26,266 nucleotides of DNA from a virus (Duplodnaviria > Caudoviricetes). The notes under the pieces were generated by a model. It worked only from the letters and a program-made list of their open reading frames with translations, was not told where the DNA came from and did not search any database. The stretch spans positions 1 through 26,266 of IMG/VR virus record IMGVR_UViG_3300020042_001918. One strand, written 5' to 3'. Shown here one piece after another: positions 1 through 8,673 of this stretch. Positions within the stretch are counted from its first letter, which is position 1, and every line of letters begins with the position of its first letter. The position numbers were made by a program, and so were the translations under genes.

Positions 1-2
1 CT

Positions 3-305
3 CAAGGTCAAAAGATGTTGGACTACCCAATGGCTCAGGCTCAACAGTATGCCCAACTTCTTAGAGGTCAAAATATCCCAACGGGTCAGGTTCAACAGTA
101 CACTGGCCCTGATGCTGGCTCGTATTCAAACAGCCCCCTGTCTCAAATTGCTGGTCTGTTAACTGGCTTAGGTTCGTTCTTCAGAACACCAACAGCCAAA
201 GACGGCGGCATTATGGAAAAGGCAGATGGCGGCTCAGTAGGTGAGCCTGCTTACCATGATGGCAATGGCAACTTGTACGATGCAAACGGTTATTTGGTGG
301 AGTAA
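3..305 (+). CDS. C-terminal part of a virion structural/internal protein (5' end lies outside the window)
   Basis: Frame is open from base 3 through the ATG at 15. Gln/Gly-rich; contains KDGGIMEKADGG (same GG-x6-GG spacing as the giant protein) and ends YHDGNGNLYDANGYLVE. The next gene starts 3 nt after the stop. Confidence 0.7.
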   Translation, partial: QGQKMLDYPMAQAQQYAQLLRGQNIPTGQVQQYTGPDAGSYSNSPLSQIAGLLTGLGSFFRTPTAKDGGIMEKADGGSVGEPAYHDGNGNLYDANGYLVE

Positions 306-308
306 AAG

Positions 309-2156
309 ATGGCACTACAACCCCAAGGCGGATTAGGTCAAGCGTCTGCACAACAGCAGGCACCACAGCCAAAGGCTCCCCCTCCTCAACAGCAGGCGGC
401 TGGAAACATCAATGTAGGTGCGCGCGCCTCTGGTATGGAGCAAGAAGATGCTCCGTCTATAAATGATTACATCACCAAGACAATGGAAGACATTGACTCT
501 ACACGAGAGACAATGAACCAAGTCATACAACGCTTGAGGGCAGGTCTAGATAATAGAAAGAATCAACTATTTGACCCAGTAATGATGGCGGCATCTGCTG
601 GCTTTTTAAAGCCTACACGCACTGGCTCATTTGGTGAGTCAGCAGGGTATGCGGGTGAGGGCGCTAGTATGGCGGCTGACAAAGAAATGTTGCGCCAAAA
701 AGAGAACCAAAAGTTAGAAGTTGAGTTGCTTGGCAAAGAGATGGAAATGAAGCAACAGATGGCTGGCGACGCAATAATGAAGCAGATACTGCCGGGCGGC
801 GGCATGGCTAGACCCTCTGGCGGTATGCCTCCTATGGGCGGCGCTCCTTTTGCGGCTAACGCGCAAGCACCATCTATTGGCGCTCCTCCTACACCATCTG
901 AGGGTGTACAAGTTGCATCTGGTGCCTCTGGTGTTCCCCTATCCCCATCACAACAAATATTGCAAGCCGCAAGAAGTGGTATACCAATTACTGATGAGTT
1001 GATGTGGGCGGCTAAACGTATTGGTGACAAGAATTTGATTTCAATTCTTGACAGTATGCAAAAACGCCAACAAGAACAAGACAAACTTAGGCTTGAGGCT
1101 GAGAAGACCGACATTGAGCGCAAGAAATTTGGCTTGCAAACTCGTGATGTTTACGTTGGTGACTTGCGTGAAACCATTAAGATGGATGCAGATGATTATG
1201 CAGAATACAAGGCGGCTCGTGAGGCATATAAGAAAACTGGTAACTATCAGGCACTCTTTAAGTTCTATGATGACAAAGGCTATCTGCGTCCTGAGTCACG
1301 TCTTACGCCTGAACCAACAGGCACTCCTTCAGCGGGCGCCGCAGGCACTGCTCCAGTAAGCGCACCAGTCGTTGGTGGTGTAGCACCGCCACCTGTAAAG
1401 CCAGCTTTTCAACCTCCTAAGTCTCCTGAACAAATAGAAGTTGAGAAGCAAGAAGAGATTACTCGCAGAACAGAACAACGCAAAGCTGATCAAATACAGA
1501 TTGATAGGATGCAATTGGGTCGAGAAACATCCCAAGAGCGAGTGATTGCCGCCGACTCTATTTACGGCTTTGCTGAAAGCAAAAATACAGGTCGCGTGTT
1601 TGAGTTCTTTACAAAACCAACAATTCGTAACATCATTGCTACGGCTATTGAGGGCAAGCAAGGTGTTCGCACGCCTCTTGGAACTCTTGAAATTCAAAAC
1701 ATTAAGAAAGCTATGATGCTTGCTGGCGCTACTGAAGCAGAGTTGAGTGCCGCTCAGATGATCTTGCGTAATAGCACCATGCTGAACTTGCAAGACACAA
1801 TATCATTGATGCCTAAACAAGGTCAAATTACTGAAGGTGAGCGTGCTTTAATTGCCAACTTGAACCCCAATGTCTGGGAAGACACAAGGAATTCAGCCAT
1901 GGCTAAGTCGCAGTTGGTCAAGGCTCGTGCTGAGTATGATCAAGATGTTTCAGAGATATATAGCAAGTGGAAGAGTAAAAACCCAGCAGGTTTAATGGAT
2001 GACTTTAAGCAGTCATCTGAGTTAAAACAGCGTTACGATCAGTATGGTCAAGTGACCAAGCAGATTGCCAACAAGTATTTCCCTAACATCAAGCCAGCAC
2101 CAAGCACGCGAGTGCAACCATCGGGCGGTGGTTCGCTTGAGTCACAAATTCGTTGA
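309..2156 (+). CDS. Putative internal virion / DNA-ejection protein
   Basis: 615-aa ORF with Q/P/G-rich disordered segments alternating with E/K/Q coiled-coil-like stretches; lies directly upstream of a virion lytic transglycosylase at the end of the late operon. Function inferred from composition and position. Confidence 0.6.
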   Translation: MALQPQGGLGQASAQQQAPQPKAPPPQQQAAGNINVGARASGMEQEDAPSINDYITKTMEDIDSTRETMNQVIQRLRAGLDNRKNQLFDPVMMAASAGFLKPTRTGSFGESAGYAGEGASMAADKEMLRQKENQKLEVELLGKEMEMKQQMAGDAIMKQILPGGGMARPSGGMPPMGGAPFAANAQAPSIGAPPTPSEGVQVASGASGVPLSPSQQILQAARSGIPITDELMWAAKRIGDKNLISILDSMQKRQQEQDKLRLEAEKTDIERKKFGLQTRDVYVGDLRETIKMDADDYAEYKAAREAYKKTGNYQALFKFYDDKGYLRPESRLTPEPTGTPSAGAAGTAPVSAPVVGGVAPPPVKPAFQPPKSPEQIEVEKQEEITRRTEQRKADQIQIDRMQLGRETSQERVIAADSIYGFAESKNTGRVFEFFTKPTIRNIIATAIEGKQGVRTPLGTLEIQNIKKAMMLAGATEAELSAAQMILRNSTMLNLQDTISLMPKQGQITEGERALIANLNPNVWEDTRNSAMAKSQLVKARAEYDQDVSEIYSKWKSKNPAGLMDDFKQSSELKQRYDQYGQVTKQIANKYFPNIKPAPSTRVQPSGGGSLESQIR

Positions 2157-2164
2157 GGTAAAAC

Positions 2165-3417
2165 ATGGACTTCGGCAAACTCACAGAAGATCAAAAGACC
2201 ACGGCCCGCATGATTGCGGACGAGGCACGAGCAAACTTTGTTGACCCTGAGTTTGCATTGGCTATTGCGTTTAGAGAGAACAGGTTTTTAAATAGGGTCA
2301 ACCCAGACAGCGGCGCTATTGGGCCAATGCAAGTTATGCCGCACAATGCCAAGCCATTGAATATGACGATAGAGGATTTGAATGATCCTCGCATGAACGT
2401 CATTGCTGGTGTACGCATCCTTAAAGAGAATTTAGATCGCTACAAAGGTGATGCCAAGTTATCGGCTATTGCTTACAACTCAAGACCTGTAGTGGCTGAT
2501 CGCTATGCCAAGCATGGTGATGATAGTTTATGCCTAAAGAGACTCAGAACTATTGGCGTGATGTTAACAACTTCAGAGACCTTAGCATCAATGGTTACTT
2601 GCCTGCGCAAGCAGAGGCTCAACAACAACAAAACGGTGTTGATCTTGGTGGTCAACCAGAGCCTTTAGATAACCCCTTACAGCGGTCTAACCTTGGTGAG
2701 AAATATGATCTTGCAAGGTATGCCATATCAGATGCAGAGGGGGGTGTAGACAAGCCCCTGATGACCCTTGGGGGTGCTGGTGTTGGTGTCCTTGCTGGAA
2801 CGGCTGAGACTGGTGGTCGCATGATCGACAAGATTAACCAAACGCTAAATGCAAGCAGAGAGGCTTCTCAGGCAAGTCAGGCACTATCTCAAGGAGTTGA
2901 CCCAAATTCTCCGGGTCAAAAATACAAAAGAAATACTGGCTATGGCCGTGGTAAAGGTTACACCGTAGAAGATGTGGTCACAAACCGTGAGCGTGCAAAA
3001 GGTCATGGGCCAGTAACTACAAAATTGTCTGCTCGCTATGGCGTACCAGAGGCGGGTGAGTCAGTCTTAGATATGTTGCTTCGCAAGAAAAAAGAAGGCG
3101 AAATAATTGCTGAAGAAGCCCTCAAAGAAGCAAGAAGAGCCAATGTAATTAGCAAGACTGGTGCATTGGCTCGCATCCCCATCATTGGCCCAGCCATTGC
3201 TGGCGGCTCGATGGGCTATGACATTGCCGACCTCATTGAACGCTACGAAAAAGGTGACAGAAGTGGTGCAGTCATCCAAGGTATTGGTGCTTTAGGCTCA
3301 GGCTTGGCAATGGTTCCACACCCTCTGACACGCGCCGCTGGCACAGTCATGGGTGCAGGAGCCATCCCTGCGGTAATGCTCAATGATTACCTCAAGAGCC
3401 GAGGCTCAAAGGAGTAG
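2165..3417 (+). CDS. Virion-associated lytic transglycosylase (SLT domain) plus C-terminal Gly/Ala-rich region, split by an apparent -1 frameshift near 2528-2530
   Basis: GAGG RBS before the ATG at 2165. SLT motifs AIAFREN, GAIGPMQVMP and AIAYNS are in ORF 2165..2668. The terminal SLT motif P-x-E-T-x-N-Y (MPKETQNYW) is in the -1 frame ORF starting at 2530, which ends in hydrophobic Gly-rich helices. Confidence 0.8.
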
Positions 3418-3453
3418 AATGCCATTGAGGAGCAGTTGCCACTCTCCTTCTTT

Positions 3454-3478
3454 GCCCCCTTTATTGGGGGCTTTTTTT
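3454..3478 (+). terminator. Rho-independent terminator ending the late operon
   Basis: GCCCCC-TTTATT-GGGGGC stem-loop followed by TTTTTTT, at the convergence of the + and - operons. Confidence 0.85.
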
Positions 3479-3659
3479 ATGCTGATCCACCAGTATGAGA
3501 GAGCAACATCTGGGTCTGAATAAAACTCTCACGAGCCTCCTCAAACCCATCGTCATAGCCTCTCTCATAGGCTTCCCTAAGAGCCTTTTCTATTTCGGTT
3601 TCTGGTTGTTCAGAGCATTCGCCACTTCCCGGTTCATGTCGCTGACAATTTGTACGCAT
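3477..3659 (-). CDS. Small hypothetical protein (start uncertain)
   Basis: C-terminal half (EAYERGYDDGFEEARE) looks like a typical small phage protein and fills the gap to the terminator. The 5' part overlaps the upstream gene by 70 nt. Confidence 0.45.
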   Translation of the reverse strand: MRTNCQRHEPGSGECSEQPETEIEKALREAYERGYDDGFEEARESFIQTQMLLSHTGGSA

Positions 3660-3814
3660 CTTTGATGTTCCTTTGCGGCAATCATTGGTTCAACGTAAGC
3701 CGCAATCTTATGAGCAAATTGGACAATGTCCACTTCATCAGCAATCAAAGCATTGGGTTTATATTGATCACAGTAGAAAAAGATTTGCTTAATGGTTTCT
3801 TCACTCAATTGCAT
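3590..3814 (-). CDS. Hypothetical protein
   Basis: 74 aa; AAGG(T) RBS upstream; overlaps the preceding gene's end in operon fashion. Confidence 0.7.
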   Translation of the reverse strand: MQLSEETIKQIFFYCDQYKPNALIADEVDIVQFAHKIAAYVEPMIAAKEHQRCVQIVSDMNREVANALNNQKPK

Positions 3815-4016
3815 TTTTTACCTTCCAAAGTTCCCAGTTGATAACAGTTGTACGAGCAATAGACCGTGAGGTCATTGCTTTGTATTGGTTTAATTCGCTG
3901 TCAAGAAAATCTTCAACGATTATGTTTTTTTCAAGAAACATCTCATGTCTCTCTGCTTGAATGGCATTGTCAAAAAGAGTGCCATCAGTAGTTTTATATG
4001 CTTGTATTTTTTCCAT
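3801..4016 (-). CDS. Hypothetical protein
   Basis: 71 aa starting 2 nt after the exonuclease stop; N-terminal Y-x-T-x-D-G-x-x-F pattern common in small phage proteins. Confidence 0.7.
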   Translation of the reverse strand: MEKIQAYKTTDGTLFDNAIQAERHEMFLEKNIIVEDFLDSELNQYKAMTSRSIARTTVINWELWKVKNAIE

Positions 4017-4018
4017 AA

Positions 4019-4789
4019 TTAAAATTGATTTTTAAGTTGCCAAAATTCAAGAAGGGCAAGAAACATCTTCCATCCGCGGATGAGATCATCCTCACTCCAC
4101 TCCTTGACCACGACCAAGTTAGGCACATTTCTGCTCACAAAGACATTGGCACATCGAGCATTTGGAATGCCCAAGCCTACCCGGTAAGCAGCCAATTGCA
4201 TCAGATGCTCATCATATCCCTCAACCTTTTTGGGGTCGGTGAATTCCTTGGTTTTAATGTCAATGACAGCATTGAGGGTGCCAGTGCAAAATAGATCGCA
4301 CTTACCGCCAAAACCAAACTCATGTGAGAATGATCTCTCTGAAATCCAAATGGCTTCTCCAAAGTGTTCGGTGATTGCTTTGGTACAGGCATCAACACTC
4401 TCTTGGTGTTTTCCTGTTGGTCTATCTTCATAAAATCCTTGTATTGATGCATGGATGGCAGTTCCCGCATCCGCCGCAGACCGACCCTGTTCTTTGGAAT
4501 CGCTGATGATTCGCTCGATGTATTCCTTTTCAGGCTCGTCTGGGCGGCGGGGAAGCGTTAAGGCGGCAAACAACACTTGTTGTTGAAGCCACGCAATGAG
4601 TGCTGGTTTGGCAGCACAACCAAGGATGGTTGTTACTGATGGAACTAAGCCCATTGTTCGGGCATCCCTTAGAGTGGTTGCCCTTGGTAAGCCATCCTTT
4701 TTAGAGGGGACGGTGTACTGTGGGACACCATCTTTGGTATACCAATGGTTGGACTCACTAGCCCTGATTGTAGGTGTTGTTAGTGTCAT
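4019..4789 (-). CDS. PD-(D/E)xK exonuclease (recombination-associated)
   Basis: PSVTTIL, GTAIH, SER, GKCD, IDIKT and QLAAY motifs of RecB/Cas4/lambda-exonuclease-like nucleases; AAGGA RBS. Confidence 0.85.
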   Translation of the reverse strand: MTLTTPTIRASESNHWYTKDGVPQYTVPSKKDGLPRATTLRDARTMGLVPSVTTILGCAAKPALIAWLQQQVLFAALTLPRRPDEPEKEYIERIISDSKEQGRSAADAGTAIHASIQGFYEDRPTGKHQESVDACTKAITEHFGEAIWISERSFSHEFGFGGKCDLFCTGTLNAVIDIKTKEFTDPKKVEGYDEHLMQLAAYRVGLGIPNARCANVFVSRNVPNLVVVKEWSEDDLIRGWKMFLALLEFWQLKNQF

Positions 4790-4797
4790 GTTGATCC

Positions 4798-5442
4798 TTA
4801 AAAGGGAATGTCACTGTCCATGTCATCAAACCCACTGCTAGGCTTTGAGGCTTTTTCATGCTTATCTTGCCATTCAGGAGACCCCATGATCTTTTCCTTA
4901 AGCCCATCTCTGAAAGTTTCAAAGACTGCCATGTCAGGCTCATCAATTGAAAAGATTACAGTAGGGTTATGACCTTCAGGCAGACCTGCTTTTTTGATCT
5001 GAGGGGGTACTGATAGGATGGCTTGAATGTTGGAATACTCTTTGCCATTGTTGCCAACTGCTTTAACGATGGAAAGCATAGCCCAGGCCCCAAGAACATT
5101 TTTGAGTTCAAAGCCTCTAAGTTCATCAGGTGTAAACTCTCTGCCCCTCCAAGTCTGCAAGTCCTTTCTAAGGGTTGCTTTCTCAGATAGGGATAGGGTG
5201 AAGTTCTTGGTCACACTTAAAGGTTCACCCTTTGGGGTAGTCAATGGTTTGCCACTCTCATCCTCACCAAACACCTCAAACTGAAACATCACTTTGGGCA
5301 AATGTTTAATCTGTCCAAGATACTCACTTCTTTGAGTTCCAAGGTCAACCACTCGGTAGCACCTTGCAAGATGCATCCCTGATGGGACATTGAAAAATGT
5401 ATTGGCACTACCGCCACTCTCTTTTGCTACTAAAGCCATCAT
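4798..5442 (-). CDS. Putative single-stranded DNA-binding protein
   Basis: 214 aa ending in the acidic SSB-type tail FDDMDSDIPF; beta-rich N-terminus; AGGAG RBS; adjacent to the exonuclease. Confidence 0.7.
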   Translation of the reverse strand: MMALVAKESGGSANTFFNVPSGMHLARCYRVVDLGTQRSEYLGQIKHLPKVMFQFEVFGEDESGKPLTTPKGEPLSVTKNFTLSLSEKATLRKDLQTWRGREFTPDELRGFELKNVLGAWAMLSIVKAVGNNGKEYSNIQAILSVPPQIKKAGLPEGHNPTVIFSIDEPDMAVFETFRDGLKEKIMGSPEWQDKHEKASKPSSGFDDMDSDIPF

Positions 5443-5621
5443 TCACTCCTAGTTATGGATATTGTTTCTAAAGTCACTTTTGGTTGGCTTGGTACACCAC
5501 ATTCATATCTGATGATGTTCCAATCCTCTGCGGTTGCAATGCCTGATTCAGCCCTTATGAGAGCCTCTTCAAGCATCTGTTGCTTCTCAAGCATTGCTTG
5601 TTCATATTCACTCATGGTCAT
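5439..5621 (-). CDS. Hypothetical protein (MTMSEYEQ..., 60 aa)
   Basis: ATGA overlap with the upstream gene's stop at 5618-5621 and with the downstream gene's start at 5439-5442. Confidence 0.7.
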   Translation of the reverse strand: MTMSEYEQAMLEKQQMLEEALIRAESGIATAEDWNIIRYECGVPSQPKVTLETISITRSE

Positions 5622-5800
5622 TTCACCCATATAAAAAAAATACCTAATGCCCAAGCAATCATTAGGATGAGGTAAACCCACCATTGGATAGGCTTCTCTC
5701 TATCGCCTAACAAAGCCCTTTGCATGAGGATCATGTCGGGATCATTCTCAACTCTGAGTGGCCGCTGGTAATGGCAGCCGATTTTCACTTTTTGTTCCAT
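5618..5800 (-). CDS. Small membrane protein, first gene of the leftward early operon
   Basis: 60 aa with a C-terminal hydrophobic segment WWVYLILMIAWALGIFFIWV; lies just downstream of the leftward promoter. Confidence 0.65.
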   Translation of the reverse strand: MEQKVKIGCHYQRPLRVENDPDMILMQRALLGDREKPIQWWVYLILMIAWALGIFFIWVK

Positions 5801-5829
5801 AGATTCACTTTTGAGTTAAACACCTTTCT

Positions 5830-5858
5830 AATATATCAAATTTAACTTGAAGATACAA
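5830..5858 (-). promoter_or_regulatory. Leftward sigma70-like promoter
   Basis: Minus strand reads TTGTAT-N17-TATATT, with an extended -10 TGn. Confidence 0.65.
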
Positions 5859-5863
5859 CCCCC

Positions 5864-5891
5864 TTGCACAAACCTTTTTTTGGTGTATGAT
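5864..5891 (+). promoter_or_regulatory. Rightward sigma70-like promoter
   Basis: TTGCAC-N16-TATGAT, back-to-back with the leftward promoter; followed by an AAGGAGG RBS and ATG at 5917. Confidence 0.6.
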
Positions 5892-5916
5892 GAGGTTAAA
5901 CCAACAAGGAGGATTT

Positions 5917-6117
5917 ATGAAAAGCATAGGTAGTTTGATGGATGAGTTAGAGGCTGACCTGCTACGGAAGTTTAAGGAGATTACCCCTGAACAACTAGCA
6001 GCTGATGAGCAAAAACGCAAAGCCAAAAGTGAGTATGAGGCACTTCATACGGCCATTGAAACTGATGAGGATAGGGCTAACAAGGATGAATATCCTAATG
6101 AAGATGAAGATGAATAA
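5917..6117 (+). CDS. Small acidic hypothetical protein
   Basis: Strong AAGGAGG RBS before ATG 5917; 66 aa with a D/E-rich C-terminus. Confidence 0.7.
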   Translation: MKSIGSLMDELEADLLRKFKEITPEQLAADEQKRKAKSEYEALHTAIETDEDRANKDEYPNEDEDE

Positions 6118-6128
6118 CAAGGGGGAAT

Positions 6129-6341
6129 TTGATGACACTAAGTGAATTTTTTGATGCAAAGCCAAGAGGGGCAAAGGTTGCCATGGCTAAGAAACTTAGG
6201 GTGAGCAAGACATGGATCAGTCTCATCATAAGTGGCAGACAAGTGCCTAGCCCTGAGTTGAGTGGGGCAATTGAAAGATACACCAATGGCTTGGTCAAGA
6301 GGGCAACCTTAAGACCTGACATTTTTGGAGAACTCAAGTGA
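6129..6341 (+). CDS. Cro-like HTH regulator (YdaS-like)
   Basis: HTH MAKKLRVSKTWISLII, followed by AIERYTNGLV..LRPDIF, typical of the YdaS/Cro family. Start is TTG 6129 or ATG 6132. Confidence 0.8.
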   Translation: MMTLSEFFDAKPRGAKVAMAKKLRVSKTWISLIISGRQVPSPELSGAIERYTNGLVKRATLRPDIFGELK

Positions 6342-7003
6342 TTTGGTACAAATTCCACATAGGTGACTACATCACACACACTAAGCATATCTCTGATGCT
6401 GAAGACCTTGCCTATCGGAGACTTCTTGATCTGTACTACATGAGTGAGAAACCAATTCCACTTGATGTGAAGGCAGTTGCAAGAAAAATTGGCATGGATA
6501 CTGAGGAAACCGAATCGGTTTTGGTAGAGTTTTTTGATAAGCAAGAAAATGGTTATCACAATAGTCGAGCAGACGTTGAAATAGCCAAATATCAATCTCA
6601 AGTTGCAACCAATAGAGAGATCGGAAAAAGAGGGGGCAGACCCAAGAGCCTTGAAAACAAAGGGTTTAAACCAACCGAAACCGAATTAATAACCGAATCG
6701 GATACGGATACGAACCCTAAGAAGATACAGATACAGAAGAAGAATAACAATATATCGTCGAAATTCGACGAGTTTTGGCAACTGTGGCCAACATCAAAGA
6801 GAAAGGTAGCCAAGTCTACTTGTGAGACCAAGTGGGTCAAGCACAAGTTGGATCAGTATGCTGACCAAATCTTTGATCATGTTTCAGCCCTAAAGACTTC
6901 TGAGCAATGGACTACAGGGTTTGAACCCGCCCCCTTGACTTACATCAACCAAAAGAGATGGGAAGATGAGATTCAGACCCCAATTGCAAGGAGAGGCATA
7001 TGA
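6338..7003 (+). CDS. Replication initiator, DUF1376/YdaU family
   Basis: WYKFHIGDY..T.HIS..EDLAYRRLLDLYY N-terminus, GKRGGRP linker, and C-terminal FDEFW..WP...P.TYINQKRWEDE domain. Confidence 0.85.
   Translation: MIWYKFHIGDYITHTKHISDAEDLAYRRLLDLYYMSEKPIPLDVKAVARKIGMDTEETESVLVEFFDKQENGYHNSRADVEIAKYQSQVATNREIGKRGGRPKSLENKGFKPTETELITESDTDTNPKKIQIQKKNNNISSKFDEFWQLWPTSKRKVAKSTCETKWVKHKLDQYADQIFDHVSALKTSEQWTTGFEPAPLTYINQKRWEDEIQTPIARRGI
6671..6771. repeat. Iteron-like repeats / probable replication origin inside the initiator gene
   Basis: AACCGAA at 6673, 6679 and 6691; GATAC at 6701, 6707, 6724 and 6730; palindrome TCGTCGAA-A-TTCGACGA at 6755-6771. A related palindrome AAACCGA-A-TCGGTTT lies at 6507-6521. 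Lambdoid origins lie in the initiator's linker region. Confidence 0.6.
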
Positions 7004-7431
7004 CCCCTGTTGAGAGGATGCTCTCTAGGCTTGAGAAAGTCAAAGGTAGGAACGGTTCCTGGACTGCTTGTTGTCCTGCCCACAATGACAAATCCCCATC
7101 CCTTGCAATCAGAGAGGGTGAGGATGGTCGGGTCTTGCTCCATTGCTTTGGGGGGTGTGAAACCATCAATGTCATCCAAGCCTTGGGCATGGACATGAAT
7201 GACCTATTCCCTCCAAGGAGAGAGTGGAGTGGTGAGACCCATTCAACCAAGCCTATGAAGCCTGCATTTTATGCAAGTGACTTGCTCAGAATTATTTCTT
7301 TTGAGTGCTTGATTGTGTCCATTTGTGCCTATGACATGAGTCATGGCAAGAAGATTCAAGATGAGGATAGGGAAAGACTAAAGGTTGCCCAACAAAGAAT
7401 TGAAGAGGTGATGCACTATGCAAACATCTAA
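7000..7431 (+). CDS. Primase zinc-finger (CHC2-type) domain protein without a TOPRIM domain
   Basis: CCPAHNDKSPSL..LLHCFGGC motif; only 143 aa; ATGA coupling to the initiator. Confidence 0.8.
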   Translation: MTPVERMLSRLEKVKGRNGSWTACCPAHNDKSPSLAIREGEDGRVLLHCFGGCETINVIQALGMDMNDLFPPRREWSGETHSTKPMKPAFYASDLLRIISFECLIVSICAYDMSHGKKIQDEDRERLKVAQQRIEEVMHYANI

Positions 7432-8422
7432 TGTTCTTCAGAGGGCAAGAGAGTTAGATGACATGAGGAAAGCCCGAATCCTTAGACCTGATGAAATTGA
7501 TTTTGACAAGTACCTCAAATCAACTGATTTGACTCAGAAGATTAAAGAGGCTCAGGTATACATTGAAGAGCTGCAAGCAGAGATATTGAATCCTGTGCAT
7601 GAGAAGTTTACAGTCATGCCTTGGTCAAAGACTCACTCAACCTTTCAGTTTAGACAGGGTGAGGTAACCCTATATGCGGGATCAAATGGTGGTGGCAAGT
7701 CCCTTATCACAGGGCAGATTGCCATGGGTTTGATGAAGCAGAACCAAAAGATTTGTATTGCCTCATTTGAGATGAAACCTAAGAGGACTTTGTATCGGAT
7801 GCTTAGGCAGTTTGCAGGTGAGAACATTGATGCCCCAAGATTTATAGGCAAGAGCAAATACATAGATGACTTGCTTGTTCGGCTTGGCTCATTTGTGGAT
7901 GAAAAGTTGTGGCTCTATGACCAACAAGGAACCGTGACATCTCAGCAAGTTATTGCAGTTGCAAGGTACTGTGCCATGGAGTTGGGTGTGCAGCATTTCT
8001 TTGTTGACTCATTGATGAAGTGTGTAGCGGGTGAGGATGATTACAACGCACAGAAATACTTTGTAGATGAGTTGACTGCATTGGCTCGTGACCACAACAT
8101 TCACATTCACTTGATTCACCACATCCGCAAGTTGGCAAGTGAAGAGATCATGCCAAACAAGAATGATGTTAAAGGCTCAGGTGCTATATCAGACCAAGTT
8201 GACAATGTGCTAATGGTGTGGAGAAACAAGAAGAAAGAACATGATATGCACCTCAAGGGGACTGCTGACAAGTTTGCCCCTGATGCCATGTTGATGTGTC
8301 ACAAGCAAAGGAATGGTGAGGCAGAGGAGTGGTACAACCTTTGGTACAACAAAGAGAGTCAGCAGTTTGTAGATGCATCTGATTCTGTGCCAATGGCTTT
8401 TGATGACAAGGGGGATTTTTGA
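7418..8422 (+). CDS. SF4 replicative helicase (DnaB / T7 gp4-like)
   Basis: Walker A GSNGGGKS, SFEM, Walker B FFVDSL, HLIHHIRK, DVKGSGAISDQVDNV and KQRNG arginine finger. Confidence 0.9.
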   Translation: MQTSNVLQRARELDDMRKARILRPDEIDFDKYLKSTDLTQKIKEAQVYIEELQAEILNPVHEKFTVMPWSKTHSTFQFRQGEVTLYAGSNGGGKSLITGQIAMGLMKQNQKICIASFEMKPKRTLYRMLRQFAGENIDAPRFIGKSKYIDDLLVRLGSFVDEKLWLYDQQGTVTSQQVIAVARYCAMELGVQHFFVDSLMKCVAGEDDYNAQKYFVDELTALARDHNIHIHLIHHIRKLASEEIMPNKNDVKGSGAISDQVDNVLMVWRNKKKEHDMHLKGTADKFAPDAMLMCHKQRNGEAEEWYNLWYNKESQQFVDASDSVPMAFDDKGDF

Positions 8423-8673
8423 GTGACTTATTCACGCGATGGGGAGAAGGAGAAGGAGAAGATGAGTTTCGCCATCGTTGTCTCGTTCGCGCCATCCTCA
8501 AAATGCGCCTACAAGATCGTCAGAAGGCACACGTATGGATCAATGGAGGTGTTAACCGAGTTGGTAAGCGTGTCAAAGGCTGGAATGAAATGCATCCCGG
8601 ATCAATTTTGGAAAGAGATATTCGGGATCAATGGGACAAGGGAAACCGTGGATCAGATGGTGAATGGAAATAA
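8419..8673 (+). CDS. Hypothetical protein
   Basis: GTGA overlap with the helicase stop; GGGG RBS; 84 aa (RHRCLVR...QWDKGNRG). Confidence 0.65.
   Translation: MSDLFTRWGEGEGEDEFRHRCLVRAILKMRLQDRQKAHVWINGGVNRVGKRVKGWNEMHPGSILERDIRDQWDKGNRGSDGEWK

Noticed and set aside
563-1793. Long antisense ORFs 563..1123 and 1329..1793
   Set aside because: Shadows of the 615-aa gene; no RBS or recognisable motifs.
2530-2668. C-terminal tail of ORF 2165..2668 (CLKRLRTIG...) as real protein sequence
   Set aside because: The conserved SLT motif continues in the other frame; this tail is out-of-frame read-through.
5805-6026. Minus-strand ORF in the position expected for a CI repressor
   Set aside because: No HTH or S24 features; it overlaps both promoters and the RBS-supported 5917 gene.
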